A DNA stretch of 64,000 nucleotides from assembly GCA_051532055.1 (NCBI GenBank), contig JAOPTX010000010.1:62108-126107 (forward strand), in the 5' to 3' direction. Position 1 is the stretch's first letter, and each line of letters starts with the position of its first letter. The notes below the pieces were generated by a model that was not told where the DNA came from, made no database searches, and worked only from the letters and a program-made list of their open reading frames with translations. The position numbers were made by a program, and so were the translations under genes. The DNA is from Fibrobacterales bacterium (lineage in GTDB: Bacteria > Fibrobacterota > Fibrobacteria > Fibrobacterales > JAOPTW01). Below are positions 37,690-46,324 of the stretch, piece after piece.

Positions 37690-38121
37690 ATGGATACAAA
37701 GACTTATACAATAGACGGCACTGTTTTTACCGAAGATCAACTCATCATATTTCATAATGGTCTACCGGGTTTTCAACAATTAAAAAAGTTTGTGATCACC
37801 ACAACCAAAGAGTATGAACCATTTCATTTTTTACAGAGTATCGATGAGCCTGGAATAAAATTTGTTATTGTTAACCCAATGCTTTTTAAGCCAGACTATG
37901 ATCCTGCTATGAATAAAGCTCATATTGCAGACCTTGAGTTACAATCAAAAGAAGAATTGCTCTTCTATGTAATTGTGACCTTGCAGAAGGATATGTCACA
38001 ATCGACTGCGAACTTGACGGGCCCTGTCCTCATAAATATTAAGAAGCAGATTGGAAAACAGTTAATTTTAGATGATGGGAGATATTCGGTTGCTGAACCG
38101 ATCCTGGGTGGAGGTGCATAA
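37690..38121 (+). CDS. fliW: Flagellar assembly factor / CsrA antagonist FliW
   Basis: [29 protein letters not shown]...GKQLIL. Confidence 0.95.
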   Translation: MDTKTYTIDGTVFTEDQLIIFHNGLPGFQQLKKFVITTTKEYEPFHFLQSIDEPGIKFVIVNPMLFKPDYDPAMNKAHIADLELQSKEELLFYVIVTLQKDMSQSTANLTGPVLINIKKQIGKQLILDDGRYSVAEPILGGGA

Positions 38122-38351
38122 TGTTAGTACTTACACGTAAGGTTGGAGATTCCATTCGTATTGGCGATGATATCAAGCTCACCATTGTTGATGTTGATGG
38201 CAATAATATAAAAGTGGGAATTGATGCACCCCGTTCAGTTGCGGTTCACCGTGAAGAGGTGTATGAACGCATTATGAATGAGAATAAAAAGGCAGCTCAA
38301 GGGCCCCAAGTTGATATGGGTGCACTGGCTGATATGTTTAAAAAGAAATAA
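38121..38351 (+). CDS. csrA: Carbon storage regulator CsrA
   Basis: [18 protein letters not shown]...[19 protein letters not shown]. Confidence 0.97.
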   Translation: MLVLTRKVGDSIRIGDDIKLTIVDVDGNNIKVGIDAPRSVAVHREEVYERIMNENKKAAQGPQVDMGALADMFKKK

Positions 38352-38385
38352 TTATTTATACAGGGTGTGCAAACACAATATAGCG

Positions 38386-38424
38386 ATAACAAAAGAGGAG
38401 TACATTGTACTCCTCTTTTGTTAT
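38386..38424. terminator. Bidirectional terminator (19-bp arm palindrome)
   Basis: ATAACAAAAGAGGAGTACA-T-TGTACTCCTCTTTTGTTAT between convergent csrA and aminotransferase. Confidence 0.85.
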
Positions 38425-39678
38425 TTACTTCATTGCCTGAGCCAGTCGTTTAATTCCCTCTTCTATCTCTTCGATATTAGGGGTGCCATAAGAGAGTCGT
38501 ATTTGGTTATGTCCAAGAGAGTGGTCGGAGTGTTCTCCCTGATAATAGCAGTATTCACCAGGGACATAGAGTACTTTGTATTTAAGGCAGTTGCTAAAGA
38601 GAGTCGATTTCCTATCCGTTGAAATGCCATCGGGTAGGGTGACCCAAATGTAGAAGCCCCCTTGAGGAATGTGATAGGTCACCTCTTTCGGGAAGTGTTT
38701 TTCCATGGCCGCTATCATTACCTTAGCTTTTTCAGCATAGACATTTTGTAATTTCATGTATTGTTTATGGTAGGTTCGGTTCTTTAGTGCATCTAAAGCG
38801 AGATGTTGATTGAGGTGGGGGGTACCAAAATCATGGTTTCCTTTATGACGAATGACATAGTCCATGATAAGTGGGGGGAGTATACCGTAACCGAGCTTTA
38901 AGCCCGGGCAATAGGGCTTTGAAAATGTAGAGGTGTACATAACCCATTCATTCTCAGAATCATAATGTTTGATGGAGTGTGTTTTATCTGGAGTAAATGA
39001 TAAATCCCGGTAGGCTGCATCCTCCAGAATAAGTATCTGATTTTCATTACTGTACTCTTTAATGATTTCTAATATTTCAGGCTTTCGTTCTTCACTCAGA
39101 GATATGCCTGTAGGGTTTTGAAAATAATCTACGGTATAGAGAAATTTGACTCGAGGGATATCCCCTTTGTCCTTAAGAGATTCAAGAGTGTCACGGAGTG
39201 CATCTGGCTTGAGGCCATCAGAATCCATCGCAATATTAATACACTCAACACCGAAAATTCTCAGGGTATCCATAAAAACAAAATAGGTTGGGGCTTCCAG
39301 GAGTACAATGTCTCCTGGGTTGAGCAGTGTGTCCGCTATGAGGTACAGTAGTTGTTGTGAGCCATTTGTCACAATGCAGTCATCAGCTTCAAATTGCGAT
39401 TTCTTACTTTCCTGCTCTGATACATGGGCAGTGATCGCTTCGCGAAGTTGTGGGTTTCCTTGAGTACTGCCATATTGAAGTACTTTTTGAGCTTTGACGT
39501 CCTCTTTAAGAATAGAGCTCATCGACGAAATAAGCGGCTCTTGAGGTAGGCTCGGGTAGTCGACTAAACCTGCGGCAAGAGAAATAACATCAGGATGGGA
39601 AATGTCATACTGGATCAGCCAATTAATAGGAGATTCAGTGGTAAGGTTTGAGCGCTTTGAAAGGCTTATAGGTTTCAT
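38425..39678 (-). CDS. PLP-dependent aminotransferase (LysN/MocR-type catalytic domain, no HTH)
   Basis: ISLAAG, LQYG...G...LRE, TNGSQQ, FQNPTG, EDAAY, TFSK...PGLKLG. Confidence 0.88.
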   Translation of the reverse strand: MKPISLSKRSNLTTESPINWLIQYDISHPDVISLAAGLVDYPSLPQEPLISSMSSILKEDVKAQKVLQYGSTQGNPQLREAITAHVSEQESKKSQFEADDCIVTNGSQQLLYLIADTLLNPGDIVLLEAPTYFVFMDTLRIFGVECINIAMDSDGLKPDALRDTLESLKDKGDIPRVKFLYTVDYFQNPTGISLSEERKPEILEIIKEYSNENQILILEDAAYRDLSFTPDKTHSIKHYDSENEWVMYTSTFSKPYCPGLKLGYGILPPLIMDYVIRHKGNHDFGTPHLNQHLALDALKNRTYHKQYMKLQNVYAEKAKVMIAAMEKHFPKEVTYHIPQGGFYIWVTLPDGISTDRKSTLFSNCLKYKVLYVPGEYCYYQGEHSDHSLGHNQIRLSYGTPNIEEIEEGIKRLAQAMK

Positions 39679-39776
39679 AGGTCCATGCAAAAAGGTATAT
39701 TTACTCTACAAAGCTAACTAAATTACTGCTCCTGTGGCTATGAACTTTACACAGCGAGAATGATAGGAGAACTTTA

Positions 39777-40688
39777 ATGAATAGTAGTGTAGCAGGCAAG
39801 AGTGTAAAGATTGGATGGGTACAAAGCTCCTATCAAGGTGAGATGAAACAGACCGTTTTTCACTACCTTCAATTAGCTCATACACTTGTTGGAGCTGAAC
39901 TGATTGTGTTTCCTGAACTGGTATTGCACGAGTATTTCTGCCTGACAGAAGACGATAGGTTTCTTGATTATGCACGTACTAATGAGGACTCAATTTTTTC
40001 AGGATTTAAAAAGCTTGCGCAATCTATGAATGCAGTTGTCGTTGTGCCTTATTACGAAAAATCTGGTGTTCATTTTTACAATAGTGCAGTGGTGTTTGAA
40101 CGTGATGGAACGGTTGCTGGAGAGTATCAAAAAATGCATATCCCCTATGACCCTGGCTTTTATGAGAAATATTATTTTGAAGAGGGTACTAAGGGCTTTA
40201 CCCCGATAGTGACCAGTGTTGGTACGTTAGGGGTGCTTATCTGCTGGGACCAGTGGTTCCCAGAGGCGGCACGAATCATGGCCCTCAAAGGTGCAGACCT
40301 ATTGATCTATCCTACTGCGATAGGTTGGGATAATACCGAGCCCGACTCATTAAACCATGAACAGCTTGAAGCATGGACTACAACCATGCGCGCTCATAGT
40401 ATTGCCAATGGACTGCACACTTTAGCGGTAAATCGTATTGGAACAGAAGGGAAGATCGAGTTTTGGGGTAATTCATTTTTGTGCAAGCCCAATGGCCAAT
40501 TAGAGAATAAGCCGACAATGCAAAAAGAAGCATTGGTACATACTGTTAATCTTTCAAACAATAAAGCCCATCTTGATGTGTGGCCATTCTTTAGAGATCG
40601 AAGAGTTGATGCGTTTGAACCGTTACTCGAAAAAGGTGTAGCAAAGGTACAAACGGGCATGCTCTGTAAAAGGGGGTGGAATGAGTAG
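39777..40688 (+). CDS. aguB: N-carbamoylputrescine amidase (nitrilase superfamily)
   Basis: FPEL, YQKMHIPYDPGFYEKYYF, ICWDQWFPEAAR, YPTAIGW, WPFFRDRR; coupled to aguA. Confidence 0.9.
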   Translation: MNSSVAGKSVKIGWVQSSYQGEMKQTVFHYLQLAHTLVGAELIVFPELVLHEYFCLTEDDRFLDYARTNEDSIFSGFKKLAQSMNAVVVVPYYEKSGVHFYNSAVVFERDGTVAGEYQKMHIPYDPGFYEKYYFEEGTKGFTPIVTSVGTLGVLICWDQWFPEAARIMALKGADLLIYPTAIGWDNTEPDSLNHEQLEAWTTTMRAHSIANGLHTLAVNRIGTEGKIEFWGNSFLCKPNGQLENKPTMQKEALVHTVNLSNNKAHLDVWPFFRDRRVDAFEPLLEKGVAKVQTGMLCKRGWNE

Positions 40689-41661
40689 GGCGCGATGTAG
40701 AGCTGAGTGGGAGCATCAAGAGACCGTGTGGCTGGCTTGGCCCCATAATCAAAAGCATTGGGGCGAGCGTCTTACTAAGCTTCGCGAATTTTATATAGAG
40801 CTGATTAAATGTATTCTTGAGTTTCAGCCGGTGGATCTTATCATTCCTGATGTGGGAACAAAAGAGTTTGTAAAAAAGGAAATTGTAGGGGGTAAATTCC
40901 CAATAACTTATCATCAAATGAAAACGGATGATCTTTGGATAAGGGATTATGGGCCGTTCTTTTTTGAAAGAGATGGAGTAAAAGGGGGGGTGAATTTTGT
41001 TTTTAATGCTTGGGGTGAGAAATACCCTCCATGGGAGAGTGATAATGCAATTGCAAAGAAAATTTTACATTGTAAACATTTTGAAGAGCTGCCATCCTCC
41101 GTGGTTACTGAAGGTGGAAATATTGAAATTAATAGTTCCGGTATGATGCTTACTATAGAAGAATGTTTCTTTGCTTCGGGGCGAAATCCTTCTCTGAAAA
41201 GGGTCCAATTTTATGACTGGTGTAGAGAAAATATCGGTGTAGATACTCTACTTTGGCTACCGCGTGGTCTTGAGTGTGATCATACTGATGGTCATGTAGA
41301 CAACATTGTGCGGTTTATCGATGATTCAACTGTTTTGCTTTTTTTGCCCCCTAAAGGCCATAAAGAGTATAGTCGTATGAAAGAGAATGCTGATTTTCTA
41401 AAGGGTTATGAAGTGCTAACCGTAGTGGAGTGTCCCTTTATCCCTCAGCGAAAATGGGAGGGTGAGACGCTTCCTTCTAGCTACATCAACTTTATTTTTG
41501 TAAATGGTGCCGTTATCATTCCTGCCTATGGTGCACCAGAAGATGCGAAAGCTTTTGCCCTTTTTGAGGGGCTTTTTCCCAATCGAATTGTAAAGTCTAT
41601 CAATATATCAACCCTTATCACCGAAGGTGGCGGGCTTCACTGTATGACGAGAAACGGATAA
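40681..41661 (+). CDS. aguA: Agmatine deiminase
   Basis: AEWE, DDLWIRDYGP, FNAWG, EGGNI, DHTDGHVD, SYINF, GGGLHCMT. Confidence 0.92.
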   Translation: MSRARCRAEWEHQETVWLAWPHNQKHWGERLTKLREFYIELIKCILEFQPVDLIIPDVGTKEFVKKEIVGGKFPITYHQMKTDDLWIRDYGPFFFERDGVKGGVNFVFNAWGEKYPPWESDNAIAKKILHCKHFEELPSSVVTEGGNIEINSSGMMLTIEECFFASGRNPSLKRVQFYDWCRENIGVDTLLWLPRGLECDHTDGHVDNIVRFIDDSTVLLFLPPKGHKEYSRMKENADFLKGYEVLTVVECPFIPQRKWEGETLPSSYINFIFVNGAVIIPAYGAPEDAKAFALFEGLFPNRIVKSINISTLITEGGGLHCMTRNG

Positions 41662-41695
41662 TAACTTATTTTATTTCTGGGTGAGAGTCATATAT

Positions 41696-41893
41696 ATGGG
41701 AGTGGCTGTGACAGAGTTTCTCAAAGCAGAAATTGATGAAATGAAAAGGCATAAATGGATTGAATCTGAAAAGGCAGGTCGTGACCTTGGGAGCGCTGCA
41801 ATTAAAGATTGGATCAAAAAATATGCGGCAATTTTTAGAGAGAAAAATTGCCATCTAAAAGATCATTGTAAGGGTGATGTGATTTCAAAGTGA
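41696..41893 (+). CDS. Small conserved protein (DUF4032-like HKW..SE motif)
   Basis: AEIDEMKRHKWIESEKAGRDLG..AIKDWIKKYA..FR; start uncertain (41681/41696/41708). Confidence 0.7.
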   Translation: MGVAVTEFLKAEIDEMKRHKWIESEKAGRDLGSAAIKDWIKKYAAIFREKNCHLKDHCKGDVISK

Positions 41894-41910
41894 ATACTAC
41901 GGTTTGAGTA

Positions 41911-42486
41911 TTAAAGCTCACAGCCTTTCTTTGCAAGTTCATCAGCAATATCATTCCAGTGATCACCACTGTGCGCTGCCACCTTTTTAAATGTGATACC
42001 ATCAAGTCGGCCTTTACAAAAAGCTTGGTATTGTTTGGCTATCTCTGATGAAGCCTTCCACTCTTTAAGTGCCCAATGACGAATGCCTGTGTAATCATGA
42101 CAAATGGTAACAGGTTGGCCGTGGTCTTCAGCCCATTCAATGGCTTTCATAGCACCGGTAACCTCGCCGTCAATGTTTCTACTGAGAGCGTCACCGATGG
42201 TGCGCCCAAAGTCTCTATGGAGTTCTACTCCTTGTTCAACAATAACGATTCCCCAACCACCATGCTTCTGTTTAGGGGTAAAAGAACCATCTACATATGC
42301 GAAAATTCCAGTCTCTGGTATAACAGGGTCGGGTGAGAGAAAAGCCTTTGCTTCCTCTTTTGTGACGAACCCTTTGTAGGTGACGCCTTTTACTCCCTTG
42401 ACCGCTTTTTCACATTCAGGCCATGAGGTATAAATAGTTGTACTACCATTACTGAGCTTTACTGCATAGAACTTTTTCTTTGCCAC
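41911..42486 (-). CDS. rnhA: Ribonuclease HI with N-terminal hybrid-binding (Cauli_VI) domain
   Basis: KFYAV...IYTSWPEC...VKG...YKGF; YVDGSF, RNIDGE, HDYTGI..WA, KVAAHSG...NDIADELAK. Confidence 0.9.
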   Translation of the reverse strand: MAKKKFYAVKLSNGSTTIYTSWPECEKAVKGVKGVTYKGFVTKEEAKAFLSPDPVIPETGIFAYVDGSFTPKQKHGGWGIVIVEQGVELHRDFGRTIGDALSRNIDGEVTGAMKAIEWAEDHGQPVTICHDYTGIRHWALKEWKASSEIAKQYQAFCKGRLDGITFKKVAAHSGDHWNDIADELAKKGCEL

Positions 42487-42538
42487 TTTAACCGCTACTT
42501 TATATATTAAAAGACCGCGTTAATAATAGAAAATTCCT

Positions 42539-42937
42539 ATGAAACTGTTTTTACTCTTTTTATTTGTTCCTGTTATTGAAATTATGCTTCTCTTCTTTGT
42601 AGGGGCACGTATTGGCTTTATTCCTACGGTCATACTTATTGTGGTGACTGCGATAATTGGAGCTAAATACGCTAAAAGCCAAGGCCTCAAAATAATTTCT
42701 GAAATACAGGGGAAGCTCTCTACAGGAGTAATGCCCAAAGACGAAATTCTTGAAGGGGCTATTATACTCGTAGGCTCTGTACTCCTTCTTACGCCTGGGG
42801 TACTTACGGATATAGTTGGTTTTAGTTGCCTGAGCCCTGCAGTACGAAGGCCAGTACTTTCATCTGTTAAAGGGTTGATGAGTAAAAAGGGTCTCAAGAA
42901 AGATGAAGTCGCTGCGGAGTATGAAATTCTCGATTAA
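42539..42937 (+). CDS. fxsA: FxsA family membrane protein
   Basis: FLFVPVIEI...LLLTPGVLTDIVG. Confidence 0.9.
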   Translation: MKLFLLFLFVPVIEIMLLFFVGARIGFIPTVILIVVTAIIGAKYAKSQGLKIISEIQGKLSTGVMPKDEILEGAIILVGSVLLLTPGVLTDIVGFSCLSPAVRRPVLSSVKGLMSKKGLKKDEVAAEYEILD

Positions 42938-42966
42938 TTTCACATCGGTATTTTAAAGGGAATGAA

Positions 42967-45072
42967 CTATTTGTTTTTTTTCAGTGATGTAATGTACCAC
43001 CACTGTACTAAAACACAAAGTATGACTATCAGACCTATGGGCATGAACAGTTCTGTTTTAGGTAGCGAATCAACAAACACAGATTTTAAGAGATCATAAC
43101 TCCATCGACTAAAAAAGAGGTGTGAGAGAGAATGTCCTATGGTCGAAAAGAGGTCAACTTCAACCAGTGCCCCTGCAAATAGAACTTGTGGTATCAATAT
43201 TAGTGGCAGTGATGAGAGTGCTTGATTGTGGGTGCGTGCAAGGGTGCTCGCTAAGAGTCCAAGTGTGGTCCCTGCAAGAGAGGTTGCACAAAAAATCGAA
43301 AAACTGTAAAGGCTATCCCATTCAAAACCATAAAATAATTTTAGAATAAAAAAGGTCACAGTAATTTGAAATGTTGAAAGTACGGAGAGAGGGAGTGCTT
43401 TGGCACAGATGTATGGGACTATTTTAAGCCCCTTTTTAAGTTCCTTGGCGACCATCTCTTTTTCTTGCACTACTTCTTTTATTGAGTTAGAGAGTGCATA
43501 CCAGAGGGAGCAGATTACGAGAGTAAATGCCATAGTCCAATGGGATGATTGGGTATCAAATATTAAAAGTAAGAGAGTCCCGAGAATAAAAGGTTGAGAG
43601 ATGGTGAGGGTAACTCTACCTGGGTCTCGAGAAAATTGTTTATAGAAGCGTGCTAGAGTTGGTAAAAAGGGAGAACGGGTTGCAACGGTAAATGTCCAGG
43701 TGTGGGTGTTGACTGCCTGAGTTTCTGTTGATTCTTGCAAAATGAGTGCAGACTCTTTCAGCTTTTCTCTATTTTCATCAGCATCATAGAGTCTAATTTT
43801 ATCAAGTATCTTATGAAATTGATCCACATTAAAATAATCAAGAGCTTGGTTTGGGGTACCTTGAAATATGAGTTGCCCTTTTTGAAGAAGTATAATGCGG
43901 TTAAACTTGTGAAGGTCGTTGTAGTTGTGAGTGGTCATTACCACTGTGTGCCCTGCGGTAGTAATACTTGAGAGGTAGTCTGTGAGGAGTGAATCATTAA
44001 GTGGGTCGAGGCCTGAGGTCGGTTCGTCAAGAAGTAGGAGGGTTGGGCTCGATATGAGTTCAATAGCAAGGGCAAGTCGTTTTTGTTGTCCACCACTGAG
44101 CTTACCATTGAGTAAATTTGCAACTTCTGTAAGATCAAAAAGGCTGAGAAGGTCGGTGACTTTGATTGTTCGTTCTTCACGGGTCAAGTCTGACGGGAGT
44201 ATCAATTGTGCTGCATAGTGGAGTGATTCACTCACGGTTAAATACGGATAGAGTGGTGCTTTTTGTTCGAGATATGACGCATCTTTAGAGAAGGGCTTAC
44301 CATCAATTGAGACGGCTCCTGCTTCGGGATGAATTGCTCCGCTAATACAGTTTAATAAAGTCGATTTGCCGTCACCCGACATGCCAAGTATCGCGACACA
44401 TTCGCCGGGGTTCACGGTTACCGAAATATCTGAGAGGGCAAATGAATCATGATGCCAATAGAGGGACCGAGTGTGGAGATTGGCTCCGAGTGTGTTTCTG
44501 TAGAGTATAATCTCTGAGCCTGAAAACTCAAGAGAGAATTGCTTAAAATGGGCAACTTCACCGCTGAGGAGTGAAAAGCTGCGTTGACGTTTCCCTGATG
44601 GTGCTGTGAGCTGATTGCCAAATGCGCGAAGGGTGAGTTCGTTACCCGAGCGTGAAGCCCTGAGAAAAACTTGGGGAAGGTCGGGGATTTCATAGGAGAG
44701 TTTATTCTGTTTGGACCGACCAAAGAAAAGAGTTTCACTATCTGCAATAGGGCAAAAAGATAGGCGGTCTTCATGTTTGCTCAAATAAAGTGAGTGTTGG
44801 TTTTGGAGTGCTTGATACTTAAGAATATGAGTTCCTATTCGGATCTCATCGCCACTGTGTAAAAGTTTCTGTGATGTAGGGACGTCATTGACATAGAGTC
44901 CTGATTGGCTATCGGTATCACGAATTTCAAAACCGAGGTTATTCTGTATGATTTCAGCATGCTTTCGGGAAATGGTAAAATCATTTAACACGATATCACA
45001 GGTAGAGGATCTCCCTATGGATACCGTATTATTAAATTGTTTGAGATTAAATACGCCGGATGAAATCTCCAT
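42967..45072 (-). CDS. FHA-domain ABC exporter (FHA-ATPase-ABC2 permease fusion)
   Basis: IGRSSTCDIVL...ISRKHA FHA; GMSGDGKST, LSGGQQKR, LLLDEPTSGLD; six C-terminal TMs. Confidence 0.9.
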   Translation of the reverse strand: MEISSGVFNLKQFNNTVSIGRSSTCDIVLNDFTISRKHAEIIQNNLGFEIRDTDSQSGLYVNDVPTSQKLLHSGDEIRIGTHILKYQALQNQHSLYLSKHEDRLSFCPIADSETLFFGRSKQNKLSYEIPDLPQVFLRASRSGNELTLRAFGNQLTAPSGKRQRSFSLLSGEVAHFKQFSLEFSGSEIILYRNTLGANLHTRSLYWHHDSFALSDISVTVNPGECVAILGMSGDGKSTLLNCISGAIHPEAGAVSIDGKPFSKDASYLEQKAPLYPYLTVSESLHYAAQLILPSDLTREERTIKVTDLLSLFDLTEVANLLNGKLSGGQQKRLALAIELISSPTLLLLDEPTSGLDPLNDSLLTDYLSSITTAGHTVVMTTHNYNDLHKFNRIILLQKGQLIFQGTPNQALDYFNVDQFHKILDKIRLYDADENREKLKESALILQESTETQAVNTHTWTFTVATRSPFLPTLARFYKQFSRDPGRVTLTISQPFILGTLLLLIFDTQSSHWTMAFTLVICSLWYALSNSIKEVVQEKEMVAKELKKGLKIVPYICAKALPLSVLSTFQITVTFFILKLFYGFEWDSLYSFSIFCATSLAGTTLGLLASTLARTHNQALSSLPLILIPQVLFAGALVEVDLFSTIGHSLSHLFFSRWSYDLLKSVFVDSLPKTELFMPIGLIVILCVLVQWWYITSLKKNK

Positions 45073-45079
45073 ACGGCAA

Positions 45080-46276
45080 TTATACGAGCTTACTCAGTCC
45101 GCTCTTAAGTCTCTCGACAGCTATTTCGATGGTTTTGAGATCTGTCGCATAGGAGAGTCGTACACAACCAGGGGCGCCAAAGGCATCTCCGGGGACAAGT
45201 GCAAGAAGCTCTTGATCAAGTAAGAATGCACAGAGGTCAATAGTACTTTCCATTACCGTGCCGTCAAATGATTTTCCGATATATGAAGATAGATTCGGGA
45301 ATGCATAAAAAGCACCATGAGGCATACAAACTTCGACGCCTTCAATATTTCCGAGGGCTTCAATGAGCCAGTTTCGGCGTTCAACGAATGCAGTACGCAT
45401 CATGCCAACACTCTCGAGGGAGCCATCAAGAGCTGCTTTAGCGGCGAATTGTGAGGCATTTGCTGGGTGGTGTGTGGCTTGACTCTGTACTTTTGAAATG
45501 GCTTTTGCTATCTCTTCTGATGCACCGATGTATCCGATACGCCAACCGGTCATAGCAAAGGCTTTTGAAACTCCATTAATAACAATAGTTCTATCGTAAA
45601 TTTCTTTATTGAACGATGCTATTGAAACATGGTTGTATGAATCGTAAATGAGATGTTCATATATTTCATCACTCATACAGAATAGGTCGTTTTCTACAAT
45701 GATATCAGCAAAACCTTTGAGTTCGTCTTCGGTGTATACTGCGCCTGTAGGGTTCACAGGGCTATTGAGAATAACCATTTTTGTTTTTTCAGTAACAGCT
45801 GCTTTTAATTGATCTGGAGTGATTTTAAACTCGTTTTCAATGCCTGCAGATACAATAACAGGGGTTCCACCATAGAGTTTTACGAGCTCAGGATAGGTTA
45901 CCCAAAATGGTGCAGGTATAATGACTTCATCACCCTCTTCAATAAGTGCCGTAAGGATATTTGAAATACAGTGTTTAGCGCCACTTGAAATTACAATTTG
46001 AGAGGGAGTGTAGGTAAGATTGTTGTCGTCTTTAAACTTCTTACAAATTGATTCTTTAACCGCTAAAATGCCCGCAGGTGGGGTGTATTTTGTTTTACCT
46101 TCATTGATTGACTCAATGGCTGCAGCCTTAATGTAGTCAGGGGTGTCGAAATCGGGTTCGCCTGCTGCCAGTCCAATAACGTCTTTCCCTTCTGCTTTTA
46201 ATGCCTTCGCTTTACTGTCAATAGCAACAGTAAGTGATGGTGAAACTCTGTTTAATCGCGCAGCTAATTTTTTCAT
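45080..46276 (-). CDS. aspC: Aspartate aminotransferase (class I)
   Basis: LAAGEPDFDTP, GAK, PFWVTY, NSPVNPTG, SDEIYE, NGVSKAFAMTGWRIG. Confidence 0.9.
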   Translation of the reverse strand: MKKLAARLNRVSPSLTVAIDSKAKALKAEGKDVIGLAAGEPDFDTPDYIKAAAIESINEGKTKYTPPAGILAVKESICKKFKDDNNLTYTPSQIVISSGAKHCISNILTALIEEGDEVIIPAPFWVTYPELVKLYGGTPVIVSAGIENEFKITPDQLKAAVTEKTKMVILNSPVNPTGAVYTEDELKGFADIIVENDLFCMSDEIYEHLIYDSYNHVSIASFNKEIYDRTIVINGVSKAFAMTGWRIGYIGASEEIAKAISKVQSQATHHPANASQFAAKAALDGSLESVGMMRTAFVERRNWLIEALGNIEGVEVCMPHGAFYAFPNLSSYIGKSFDGTVMESTIDLCAFLLDQELLALVPGDAFGAPGCVRLSYATDLKTIEIAVERLKSGLSKLV

Positions 46277-46324
46277 AGTAACCGTGTAATAGTGTGATAC
46301 ATATTGATTCTTTACACCAGAAAC

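Noticed and set aside
41911..42486. Viral origin of the 'viroplasmin' domain in RNase H
   Set aside because: It is the ordinary hybrid-binding domain of many bacterial RNase HI enzymes
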